Origin: Candidatus Micrarchaeia archaeon
GTDB lineage: Archaea > Micrarchaeota > Micrarchaeia > Anstonellales > J096
Direction of reading: 5' to 3'
DNA length: 53,475 bases
NCBI GenBank assembly: GCA_041500865.1
Contig: JBGQMY010000006.1
Coordinates: 1-53,475 of the forward strand
Part shown: positions 7,852-15,331 of the stretch, piece after piece
Layout of the letters: the number at the start of each line of letters is the position of its first letter
How positions within the stretch are numbered: the first letter of the stretch is position 1
Notes under the pieces: model-generated
The model's input: the letters and a program-made list of their open reading frames with translations, nothing else
What the model was told of the DNA's origin: nothing
The model's database searches: none
Translations under genes and position numbers: made by a program

Positions 7852-8808
7852 TCAGCCGCCCAATGCCCGTCTTAACCTTTCATTTGCCTTAGCGTACGCC
7901 GTTCCTATCTTTGAGGGCCTGAATATGCCGACATTGGTGATATACGCCGCAACATTATTCGCCGGCGTCTGGTCAAAGGCCGGGTTGAGGATTTTCAGCC
8001 CCTTTGGCGGCCTGTCCCAGACCTCCTTTGCGTCCCTGTTCTCTATTTTTCCGTATTCCCCCGGCTCAGTTTCAGGGTCAAACTTGAGCGCCTCTGCAAC
8101 GGACACGAATGGCTTTGCGTATGTTTTGAATATGACAGACAGCGTGCAGCTCCCTATCTTGTTTATCAGGTCTCCGTTTGGCGTTATGGCGTCTGCGCCG
8201 ACAACCGCCATATCCGCCTTTTTGGCATAAGTCGCCATTGCGCCGTCCACTATGAGATACGTTTTTATGCCGTGGCCCGCCAGCTCTGCGGCGGTTATCC
8301 TGCCCTGGTGCCTTGGCCGCGTTTCGCAGACAAACACCCTTTCTACCTTGCCCATGTCATGCGCCTTCTTTATCACGTTTGTCACTGACGACGAATGGCA
8401 ATACGTCATGACCACTGTCCCGTTTTTTATGTAATTGGCGCCTTCTTCCGCCATCCTTCCCCTGTCCTTTTCCATCATTTTCTCGATGTTTCCAATGGCT
8501 GTTTTTATCCTTTCCCTGGCATTGCCGGCTGTGCCGTCTTCCTTGGCCGCAGCTGTCCCGTATTTTATTATTCCTGAAATGATTGCCCTTGTCATAGGCT
8601 CCGTAGGCCGTATGTTCATTACACGTATCCCTATCTTGCCCATCTTTTTTGCGAATTCCCTGCTGTTTTCCGCCCTTGTCTCGTCTGCAGCAAGCCTTAT
8701 TGCATGGAGTGAGCCGAGCGCGACGTTCCTGGCGCCCTGTATCTTTAGCGCCCCTATGTCCCTTTCCATCTCCTTCCAGCTCTTGTATTTCGAAAAATCG
8801 GCTGCCAT
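7852..8808 (-). CDS. Ribose-1,5-bisphosphate isomerase (eIF-2B alpha-like family)
   Basis: KIQGARNVA, RPTEP, MTYCHSSSV (R15Pi-type CHS rather than MtnA CNAG), ETRPRHQG, VGADAI..GDLINKIG, NPAFDQTP. Confidence 0.85.
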   Translation of the reverse strand: MAADFSKYKSWKEMERDIGALKIQGARNVALGSLHAIRLAADETRAENSREFAKKMGKIGIRVMNIRPTEPMTRAIISGIIKYGTAAAKEDGTAGNARERIKTAIGNIEKMMEKDRGRMAEEGANYIKNGTVVMTYCHSSSVTNVIKKAHDMGKVERVFVCETRPRHQGRITAAELAGHGIKTYLIVDGAMATYAKKADMAVVGADAITPNGDLINKIGSCTLSVIFKTYAKPFVSVAEALKFDPETEPGEYGKIENRDAKEVWDRPPKGLKILNPAFDQTPANNVAAYITNVGIFRPSKIGTAYAKANERLRRALGG

Positions 8809-8830
8809 GATGCGTTTTCTGCCTTGTGTT

Positions 8831-9547
8831 TTAAATTCTTAACTGCGACACCAGGGCCTTCACCAGCCTTTCAAGCTGGCCCTCCTCCACTTTCATTATG
8901 CCGATTACCTCGCCAGCGGAGAGCCTGTTGTTTGTCTGCCCGGATGCGTAGTTCGTGCCTATGCATATGCCTGCCATCGGAATCCTGAGCTCGTGTATGA
9001 GGGACGCCTCGTATGCGTTGGTCATGCTGACCAGGTTCGCGCCAAGCGCCTTTAGCGCGGCTATCTCCGCCCTTGTCTCAAACCTGGGGCCTATCGTCGT
9101 TGCGACTATGCCGCCCCTTTCCAGCATTATGCCATTCTCCTTGGCTATGTCCATTACCCTGTCCTGCAGCTCGGCGCTGTAAGGCTCAAGGAAGTCCGCA
9201 TGCACGACACCTTTCCTGAAGCTGTCGTAGAAGGTCGCCTTTATCCCCAGGCCAATGAAGTCGTCCGCAAGAACAAGGTCCCCTGACCTGTAGTTTGAAA
9301 TTATTCCGCATGCGTACGTGGCTATTACGGCGTCAACTTCGCATTCCCTGAGCGCCCATATGTTGGCCCTGTAGTTTATTGCATGCGGAGGAAGCGTATG
9401 GCCGCTCTTGTGCCTCGGTATGAACACAAAGTCCTTTTTGCCTATCTTTCCGTCAAATACATAGGCGTCGCCATAGGGCGTCCTTGCCCTCCTTTCCTTG
9501 CCTTCGCCCAATGAATAGAATCCGCTTCCCCCGATTATGCCGAGCAT
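8831..9547 (-). CDS. MTAP/PNP-family purine nucleoside phosphorylase (probably 6-oxopurine/MTI type)
   Basis: MLGIIGGSG, RH..GHTLPPHAINYRANIWAL, GPRFETRAE, VSMT, GTNYA. Real start is the ATG at 9547, not 9727. Confidence 0.9.
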   Translation of the reverse strand: MLGIIGGSGFYSLGEGKERRARTPYGDAYVFDGKIGKKDFVFIPRHKSGHTLPPHAINYRANIWALRECEVDAVIATYACGIISNYRSGDLVLADDFIGLGIKATFYDSFRKGVVHADFLEPYSAELQDRVMDIAKENGIMLERGGIVATTIGPRFETRAEIAALKALGANLVSMTNAYEASLIHELRIPMAGICIGTNYASGQTNNRLSAGEVIGIMKVEEGQLERLVKALVSQLRI

Positions 9548-9567
9548 GCGTATATTCGGAAAGCAGA

Positions 9568-10098
9568 TTATATAAAGTTGCCCTTGCCCTTGAGGGACAG
9601 GCACGTTTTGTTGGTTCCCTGTATCTCCCTTTCCCCTTTGAAGATTTCTATCGCAATCGGGTCGGCATCTTCGGATGCGCTTGCGATTAGGCGTATGTTT
9701 TGGCCTTCCTTCCTCCCATCCCTCCATTTTCCTATTAGCTTGAAATCAAGCACGAATACCTTGTTTGCGCCGTCCAGCCTGTATGCGGCCGCAAACGTCA
9801 CGATGCCTTCCAGAAGCTCCTTCAAGTCATTCTTTTCCATTTTAAGGATGGCATTTGCGCTTTCGGAAAGCAGTGCCTCGAATTTCATGGCATTTGGGAT
9901 GGTTTCGTTTTTCCTTGGGTTTATGCAAGGTATGGTTTCCGCCTTGCCGTCGCCTTTTAGCATTATCATGGCATGGCCAAAGTTCTCTATCGTGACAAGC
10001 GCCCTGAGCCTCATTTTTTGGTCTGCCAGCCCATGGTATCTGCCAAGCTGCGCTGCATGGACCGGGGTTCTTGCGGCTTTGCTTGCCAAGGCGTTCAT
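9568..10098 (-). CDS. Hypothetical protein (176 aa)
   Basis: ATG start, genome-like codon usage, AT-rich promoter region upstream, co-oriented with the phosphorylase. Confidence 0.6.
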   Translation of the reverse strand: MNALASKAARTPVHAAQLGRYHGLADQKMRLRALVTIENFGHAMIMLKGDGKAETIPCINPRKNETIPNAMKFEALLSESANAILKMEKNDLKELLEGIVTFAAAYRLDGANKVFVLDFKLIGKWRDGRKEGQNIRLIASASEDADPIAIEIFKGEREIQGTNKTCLSLKGKGNFI

Positions 10099-10141
10099 GT
10101 TGTATATTGTAGTAATAAATGTTTAAGAATGTGCCGTAAGT

Positions 10142-10384
10142 CCTTTTCCTTGCGAAGAAAAAGCAGTTGGGGAAAGAAAAAGCATAGAGGGCGCCGCAGC
10201 GCCCAAAACGCTTCTTTTGGGGTGAAAGCAAAAGTAGTTTTCTTTCCCAAAGCGCTTTCTTTTTCAAATGCCTTCTTTTGAACCCAAGGCCTCTATCGTA
10301 GTTTTTCTTTCCGCAGGAGCTTTCCTTTTTCTAAAAAGAAAGGGAGCATTTTTCCCAGGGGCTTTTTCTTCTCAAAGAAAAAGG
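10142..10384. repeat. Non-coding palindrome-rich element bounded by imperfect inverted repeats
   Basis: CCTTTTCCTTGCGAAGAAAAAGC (10142-10164) and GCTTTTTCTTCTCAAAGAAAAAGG (10361-10384) are near reverse complements; several internal hairpins. Confidence 0.55.
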
Positions 10385-10388
10385 GCCT

Positions 10389-10459
10389 AGCTGGATGAGG
10401 GAGTCGAACCCCCCTAGTCCGCTCTGCAGGCGGATACATAGCCGATCTGCCAATCCAGC
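10389..10459 (-). tRNA. tRNA-Cys (anticodon GCA)
   Basis: Minus strand: GCTGGAT/ATCCAGC acceptor, TCCGC-CTGCAGA-GCGGA anticodon arm, TTCGACT T loop, U discriminator. Confidence 0.93.
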
Positions 10460-10574
10460 GCACTGATAATAGTTGGAGCATCGCTTTTAATATCTTTTTA
10501 TGTGTTATTTAAAGACTAATTGTGTCTATAAGGTTTATAAACTGTTGCGCGCAATATATGCGTTGGTGCAATGG

Positions 10575-10868
10575 ATGGAACAGCCAATGCTTGATGCGAA
10601 AGAGAAGGCGGCGCAAGCCAGCAAGGAATCGTCATCATCAACCTATGGCAAAAAAATGGCGAGGGAGAGCATAATATCATTAAGGGCATTGCACCTTTCA
10701 TCCAAGGACGCGGCATTTGCGCTCGGCAGCCCGGTCGCCGCAACCAGGAGGACGCACAGCCTCAGCAGGAGGCTCAACAACGCCGCGGCGCTTGAAATAA
10801 GGCCGGAGCTGGTCGCCAGGGACCTGTCCGACATCGCTGGCGCAATGAGGGAAATCAGGAAGGCGTGA
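10575..10868 (+). CDS. Hypothetical protein
   Basis: ATG at 10575 (or 10587) downstream of a TTTATAAA box near 10535; coding-like composition. Confidence 0.5.
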   Translation: MEQPMLDAKEKAAQASKESSSSTYGKKMARESIISLRALHLSSKDAAFALGSPVAATRRTHSLSRRLNNAAALEIRPELVARDLSDIAGAMREIRKA

Positions 10869-10870
10869 CT

Positions 10871-11155
10871 ATGGGATATGCAGCAAAGGACACGGTTTCT
10901 GCCCCGAAGGAGACGGCCGCCACCGGATTCATATCAATAAAGAGAGTAGCGGATGCCTTCAGGAGCGCGGCCAAATGGTTTGAATCGCAACATACAAAAT
11001 CCGCTTCCGATACGGCGACCGCCCCGGTCGCCCAGCTCCAGAAGAACCTCGACACAGTAATACCCCTTCTTGGAACCGGCGCCGCCAGGAACGCGGTGAG
11101 CGCCCTAAAATCCGAAAACAAGAGGATAGAGGAAACAATCAACGGAATCAACTGA
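10871..11155 (+). CDS. Hypothetical protein (Ala/Thr-rich, helical)
   Basis: Directly follows the previous ORF in operon-like spacing; coding-like codon usage. Confidence 0.55.
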   Translation: MGYAAKDTVSAPKETAATGFISIKRVADAFRSAAKWFESQHTKSASDTATAPVAQLQKNLDTVIPLLGTGAARNAVSALKSENKRIEETINGIN

Positions 11156-11186
11156 TTTTTAAACTCCTCCAGTTCATCTTTTTTCA

Positions 11187-12419
11187 ATGAGGATAATCGC
11201 GGATTTTCACGTTCACAGCAAATACGCAAGGGCATCTTCGCCGCACATGGACCTGGAGAGCATCTCAACCCAGATGGGCGTAAAGGGCATAGGCCTGATG
11301 GCGACAGGCGACTACCTGCATCCGAAATGGCTTGCCGAGATAAAGTCAAAGACGAAGGAGGAGAACGGGCTCCTGGATTTCAACGGCAGGAAATTCATAC
11401 TTTCGACAGAAGTGTGCCTTGTCTTTGAAAATCCCGAGACCATAGGCAGGTCCGTGAAGATGCATGTTCTCATCCTTACCGACAGCCTGCGCTCCGCTGA
11501 GATGATTGCGGACGTCGTGTCCAAAAGAGGGAGCCTTGACACCGACGGCAGGCCCCTGCTCAGCATGTCAGGCAGCGAACTGATAGATTTTGTTTCTTCT
11601 GTTGACCCGCGCGCGGTCTTCATACCCGCGCATATCTGGACGCCGTGGTTCTCGCTCTTCGGCTCAAAGTTCGGCGTAAGGGACCTGAAATCCGCATTCC
11701 CGGACAAAAGGGAGAAAATAGTCGCGATGGAGACAGGGCTTTCAAGCGACCCTGAGATGAACTGGGCCATTTCGTCATTGGACCCGTTTGCGCTCGTCTC
11801 CAACTCGGACGCCCACAGCCCGGAGAAAATAGGCAGGGAGGCTAACGTGTTTGAGCTCAACGAACTCAGCTTCGATTCAATCATAAACTCACTCAGGACA
11901 AGGCAGGGCTTTGTCAAGACTTACGAGTTCTACCCGCAGGAAGGCAAGTATTTCAACGACGGGCATCGGGACTGCGGCACGAACTTCTCCCCGGAAGAGG
12001 CGGAGAGCATGGGCAACATATGCCCTGTCTGCAGAAGGCCGCTGACGCTAGGCGTTTTGCACCGGGTTTCCCAGCTTTCTGACAGGAAAAAAGGGGAGAA
12101 GCCGGCAAAGACAGTGCCGTTCCAGCACATAATCCCGTTGCCCGCCGTCATAGCGAAGGCGCTGGGAAAAACAGAGCACACAAAAGGGGTTTATGGGGCG
12201 TACAGCAGGCTCATATCGTATTTCGGCAACGAGTTCAGCGTTTTCGAGGCAAAGGAAAGGGAGCTGCGCCTTGCGATAGACGGGAGCATTGCGGATGCCA
12301 TACTCGCGGTCAACAGCGGGAACGTTTCGTGGAAGCCGGGCCATGACGGCCTGTTCGGCGAGTTCAGCTTCGGCGAAACCAAGAAGTCGGCAAAAATGAG
12401 GACGCTCAACGACTTTTAA
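11187..12419 (+). CDS. Endonuclease Q family (PHP domain plus Zn finger) DNA repair nuclease
   Basis: ADFHVHSKYA, PAHIWTPWFS, ETGLSSD, SNSDAHSP.KIGRE, GKYFNDGHRDC, CPVC..PLTLGVLHRV, PGHDGLFG, and PIP-like tail RTLNDF. Confidence 0.92.
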   Translation: MRIIADFHVHSKYARASSPHMDLESISTQMGVKGIGLMATGDYLHPKWLAEIKSKTKEENGLLDFNGRKFILSTEVCLVFENPETIGRSVKMHVLILTDSLRSAEMIADVVSKRGSLDTDGRPLLSMSGSELIDFVSSVDPRAVFIPAHIWTPWFSLFGSKFGVRDLKSAFPDKREKIVAMETGLSSDPEMNWAISSLDPFALVSNSDAHSPEKIGREANVFELNELSFDSIINSLRTRQGFVKTYEFYPQEGKYFNDGHRDCGTNFSPEEAESMGNICPVCRRPLTLGVLHRVSQLSDRKKGEKPAKTVPFQHIIPLPAVIAKALGKTEHTKGVYGAYSRLISYFGNEFSVFEAKERELRLAIDGSIADAILAVNSGNVSWKPGHDGLFGEFSFGETKKSAKMRTLNDF

Positions 12420-12442
12420 CTGTATTCTTTATTTGTTGTTTC

Positions 12443-13000
12443 CTACTTGCGGTTCAAGCCGTTGCTTATTATCTTGCTTGTCTTCAGGGCTTCAGGCCTG
12501 TAGGAGTGCTCTACCCTCACCACCTTTGCCCTGCCAACATCAGCCATTCCCTTCTGGTCATAGCCGAGCGCTATTATGTCAGGATTGACAATCTCTATCG
12601 TGTTGATGTAGTCCTTTTCGCTCCTTATCTCCCTTGCCCCGGGTATGGCCAGGTCAACCATCCTGAGGTTGTTGAGTATTTCCACCCTTTCGTCCAGGCC
12701 ATGGAGTGGCTCCCTGCCCTTTTTCCTTATGTGCTCGTCCCTGCCAACGACCACGATTAGGACATCGCCAAGCTCCTTCGCCTTTTTCAGGAAGAAGATG
12801 TGCCCAGCATGCAGCAGGTCGAACACGCCGCCTGCAAGGACAACAGTTATACTGTCCCTGCATTCGGGCTTCAGCGCATAGCGGTTTCCTTCCTTGCGCA
12901 GCATCGCCTTTTCGCCTTCATTGAGTTCAGGATATTGGCTCTCGCTGATGCCTTTCAGGGCCTTGATGTAAAGCGCCTTTATCGCGTGCTTTCCGTCCAT
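12443..13000 (-). CDS. ribL: FAD synthase-like cytidylyltransferase-family protein
   Basis: LAGGVFDLLHAGHIFFLKKAKELGDVLIVVV, PDIIALGYDQ, KTSKII. Confidence 0.78.
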   Translation of the reverse strand: MDGKHAIKALYIKALKGISESQYPELNEGEKAMLRKEGNRYALKPECRDSITVVLAGGVFDLLHAGHIFFLKKAKELGDVLIVVVGRDEHIRKKGREPLHGLDERVEILNNLRMVDLAIPGAREIRSEKDYINTIEIVNPDIIALGYDQKGMADVGRAKVVRVEHSYRPEALKTSKIISNGLNRK

Positions 13001-13055
13001 TGAGGCATTATTGCCGCCTATGCTTTAAAATCCTTTATAGCAAGGCATAAAGCGC

Positions 13056-13128
13056 AGCCCCGTAGTCTAGCGGTTAAGGATACCAGGCTTTGGACCTGGT
13101 GACCCCGGTTCGAATCCGGGCGGGGCTA
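13056..13128 (+). tRNA. tRNA-Gln (anticodon TTG)
   Basis: AGCCCCG/CGGGGCT acceptor (A1-U72), CCAGG-CTTTGGA-CCTGG anticodon arm, CCCGG-TTCGAAT-CCGGG T arm. Confidence 0.95.
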
Positions 13129-13185
13129 ATCAGTATCGTCTTGTCTGAAATACCGGCCAGCGTTCCGGATGAGAACCGGAGGCGA

Positions 13186-13202
13186 GAATCCGGGCGGGGC
13201 TA
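13186..13202 (+). repeat. 17-bp direct repeat of the tRNA-Gln 3' end (att-like)
   Basis: GAATCCGGGCGGGGCTA occurs at 13112-13128 and at 13186-13202. Confidence 0.85.
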
Positions 13203-13234
13203 TTATTTTAAACCATTCCGCTTAAACGTCCATC

Positions 13235-13567
13235 ATGGCAGCATCAAACGTGGATGTAAAGGTTGGGGCTATCCAGGAATTCAAGGATTTCCTGAACGAG
13301 TACAAGGTGCTTGGGCTTGCGATTGCCTTCGTGATGGGCGTTGCGATAACGGCGTTGGTCAACTCATTGGTCGCAAACATAATAATGCCGATTGTAAGCG
13401 TCATCCTCCCGAAAGGGGATTGGCAGACGCTGACGGCAGCGGTCGGCCCGATTAGTTTCGGGGTTGGCGCTTTCCTGGCTGCATTGATAAACTTCGTGAT
13501 AATCGCCCTAGTCGTGTTCTTCATAGCGAAGTTCATGATGGGCGAGGCCAAAGTAACCAAGAAATGA
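13235..13567 (+). CDS. mscL: Large-conductance mechanosensitive channel family protein
   Basis: EFKDFL..YKVLGLAIAFVMG.A.TALVNSLVANIIMP, GAFLAALINFVIIALVVF. Confidence 0.9.
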   Translation: MAASNVDVKVGAIQEFKDFLNEYKVLGLAIAFVMGVAITALVNSLVANIIMPIVSVILPKGDWQTLTAAVGPISFGVGAFLAALINFVIIALVVFFIAKFMMGEAKVTKK

Positions 13568-13986
13568 GCGCAGAAAAGGACAGGCCGCGCGTCGGTGTCG
13601 GCGTGATAATAATAAAGGGCGGCAAGGTCCTGATGGGCAGGAGACACAATGCCCATGGCGACGGCGACTGGTCTCCTACTGGCGGCCACCTTGAATTCGG
13701 CGAAAGCCTGGAACATTGCGCAAAGCGCGAGGCGCTTGAAGAAGCCGGCGTGAAAATAAGGAACGTGCGCTTTGCAACAGTAACAAATGACATCTTTGAG
13801 AAGGAAAACCTGCACTACGTAACGCTAATCATGCTCGCGGACCATGATTCCGGAGAGCCCAGGCTGCTTGAGCCGGACAAGTTCACGGAATGGGGATGGT
13901 TCAGCTGGGACAGCTTGCCGCAGCCGCTGTTCATTCCGATAAGGAACCTGCTGAAATCAGGCTTCAGCCCGTTTGCAGCTAACTAA
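13564..13986 (+). CDS. NUDIX hydrolase (NUDT15/MutT-like)
   Basis: RPRVGVGV, Nudix box GGHLEFGESLEHCAKREALEEAG, HYVT, EPDK, LPQPLF. Confidence 0.92.
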   Translation: MSAEKDRPRVGVGVIIIKGGKVLMGRRHNAHGDGDWSPTGGHLEFGESLEHCAKREALEEAGVKIRNVRFATVTNDIFEKENLHYVTLIMLADHDSGEPRLLEPDKFTEWGWFSWDSLPQPLFIPIRNLLKSGFSPFAAN

Positions 13987-14139
13987 TCACTCTTCTTCCG
14001 CGAACTTCTTTATTGCCTCGTAATTTTCAACAATGAGCTTTGCCTTGGACTTCCCGAACATGAACGGGTACTTGTCGTCGTCGCTCCTTTTCAGTATGAT
14101 CATCTTGTTTCCCTTGAATTCTCCCATTTCAGCTACCAT
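13987..14139 (-). CDS. Small conserved-looking hypothetical protein (50 aa)
   Basis: MVAEMGEFKGNKMIILKRSDDDKYPFMFGKSKAKLIVENYEAIKKFAEEE; GGTGA RBS and TTTATAAA box upstream. Confidence 0.7.
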   Translation of the reverse strand: MVAEMGEFKGNKMIILKRSDDDKYPFMFGKSKAKLIVENYEAIKKFAEEE

Positions 14140-14222
14140 TGAATCACCGTGCAATAGTTGTAATGATATCATTTATAAATTATTGCCAGCGCCTGCCGGC
14201 AAGGCGGCGCTCCGACGGGCGC

Positions 14223-14360
14223 CTACTTCCTTTTTCTGCGTTTCCTGGAGGTTTTGCGCGGCTTCGCCTTCTTTGCGGCCTTTTTTGCAGCCTTCCTTCT
14301 TCCCAAGCCTCCGAGCTTGGCCATCAATTTACTGTGTATTTCCTTTATTGTCCTTATCAT
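14223..14360 (-). CDS. 45-aa Lys/Arg-rich basic protein (not in ORF track)
   Basis: MIRTIKEIHSKLMAKLGGLGRRKAAKKAAKKAKPRKTSRKRRKRK*. GAGGT RBS overlaps the dph2 end; ATG is 5 nt after the dph2 stop. Confidence 0.7.
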   Translation of the reverse strand: MIRTIKEIHSKLMAKLGGLGRRKAAKKAAKKAKPRKTSRKRRKRK

Positions 14361-14365
14361 TTTGA

Positions 14366-15277
14366 TTACCTCTTTTTAGCATTCCACATTTTTATTAGTT
14401 CTTTCAGCATACCTATATTTATTATAGGCTTCCTGAAGCTTGCAGTGTCGTCAATCATCCTGGGGCACGCAGAATTGACGTATGCGTCAAAGAACATGAA
14501 GTTGTCTATGTCCTGGGCCCTCAGCTCATTGGAAACCAGGATATATGCCTTCCTGCCGGCCTTCTCTATGTCATTTTTGGCCATTTCTGCCGTTCCCAGC
14601 CCGAACTGCCCTGTCTTTGTTGACACAAGTATGCCAAAGACCTTGGCGCCATACGCCCTTGCAAGGCTTCCAAGCTCCCTTTTTTTGATTTTTTCAAGCT
14701 CGTCGTTTATCATTTTCCATTTGCCGCTGTAGGGATTGACTGAATAGACGGACTTGCCTTCCAGCCGCATCGCCGCAAGCGCGTGGAACATGCCATCAGC
14801 GATTATCGCTATGTTGTCAACGCCAATGTCAAGCGCAGAGGCGTCGCACCCAAGCACCTGGCCCTCGTGCCCGGAAAGCCTTCCGCGCCTTGTAAGTGCC
14901 TCTATTCCGTGCTTCGCGAAAAGCGCCTTCATCTCGTTCAGCTGCCCAATGTGCTGCGCAGTAGTTGCAATCCCCAATTTCCCCACGCCCTTTTTTGCCA
15001 GCATTTCAGCAAACCCGGACAGCAGGGAAACATCTATCCTTATCTCAAACGGCACATATTCAACAGGTATGCCTATGTCCGCCTTTCCGAAACTGCAGTG
15101 GCCGAAATGCACTATCTTGTCGGCCTTCAGCGCCTTCGCCTCCTCAGCAGGCAGGTCGCATGCCCCGTACGTCGCCCTGGCAAGCAGGAATACCTCGTTG
15201 CCTTCCTGTTCCAGCCTCTCGGCGTATTCCAGGGCATGCCTTTTCAGGCCTTCAGGGAACTGGAGCAGGATTCTCAT
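14366..15277 (-). CDS. dph2: Diphthamide biosynthesis enzyme Dph2
   Basis: LQFPEGLK, YGACD, HFGH, GQVLGCD, GMFH, STKTGQ, ACPR; the three Fe-S Cys are present. Confidence 0.95.
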   Translation of the reverse strand: MRILLQFPEGLKRHALEYAERLEQEGNEVFLLARATYGACDLPAEEAKALKADKIVHFGHCSFGKADIGIPVEYVPFEIRIDVSLLSGFAEMLAKKGVGKLGIATTAQHIGQLNEMKALFAKHGIEALTRRGRLSGHEGQVLGCDASALDIGVDNIAIIADGMFHALAAMRLEGKSVYSVNPYSGKWKMINDELEKIKKRELGSLARAYGAKVFGILVSTKTGQFGLGTAEMAKNDIEKAGRKAYILVSNELRAQDIDNFMFFDAYVNSACPRMIDDTASFRKPIINIGMLKELIKMWNAKKR

Positions 15278-15331
15278 ATGCTAAGGAAGGCAAGTAGAAT
15301 ATTTAAAAGGTTTAGGGGCTGAAGGTGAGCT

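Noticed and set aside
9548..9727. N-terminal extension of the phosphorylase in the ORF track
   Set aside because: It overlaps the 9568..10098 gene; family similarity starts at MLGIIGGSG (9547).
13129..13986. Intact integrated element at tRNA-Gln carrying mscL and the NUDIX gene
   Set aside because: The duplicated att lies before these genes; no integrase or further att copy was noticed.
14223..14360. Ribosomal protein S30e or L41e
   Set aside because: It lacks the HGSL..AGKV..QTPK motif of S30e and the KWxKKRxRRLKR motif of L41e.
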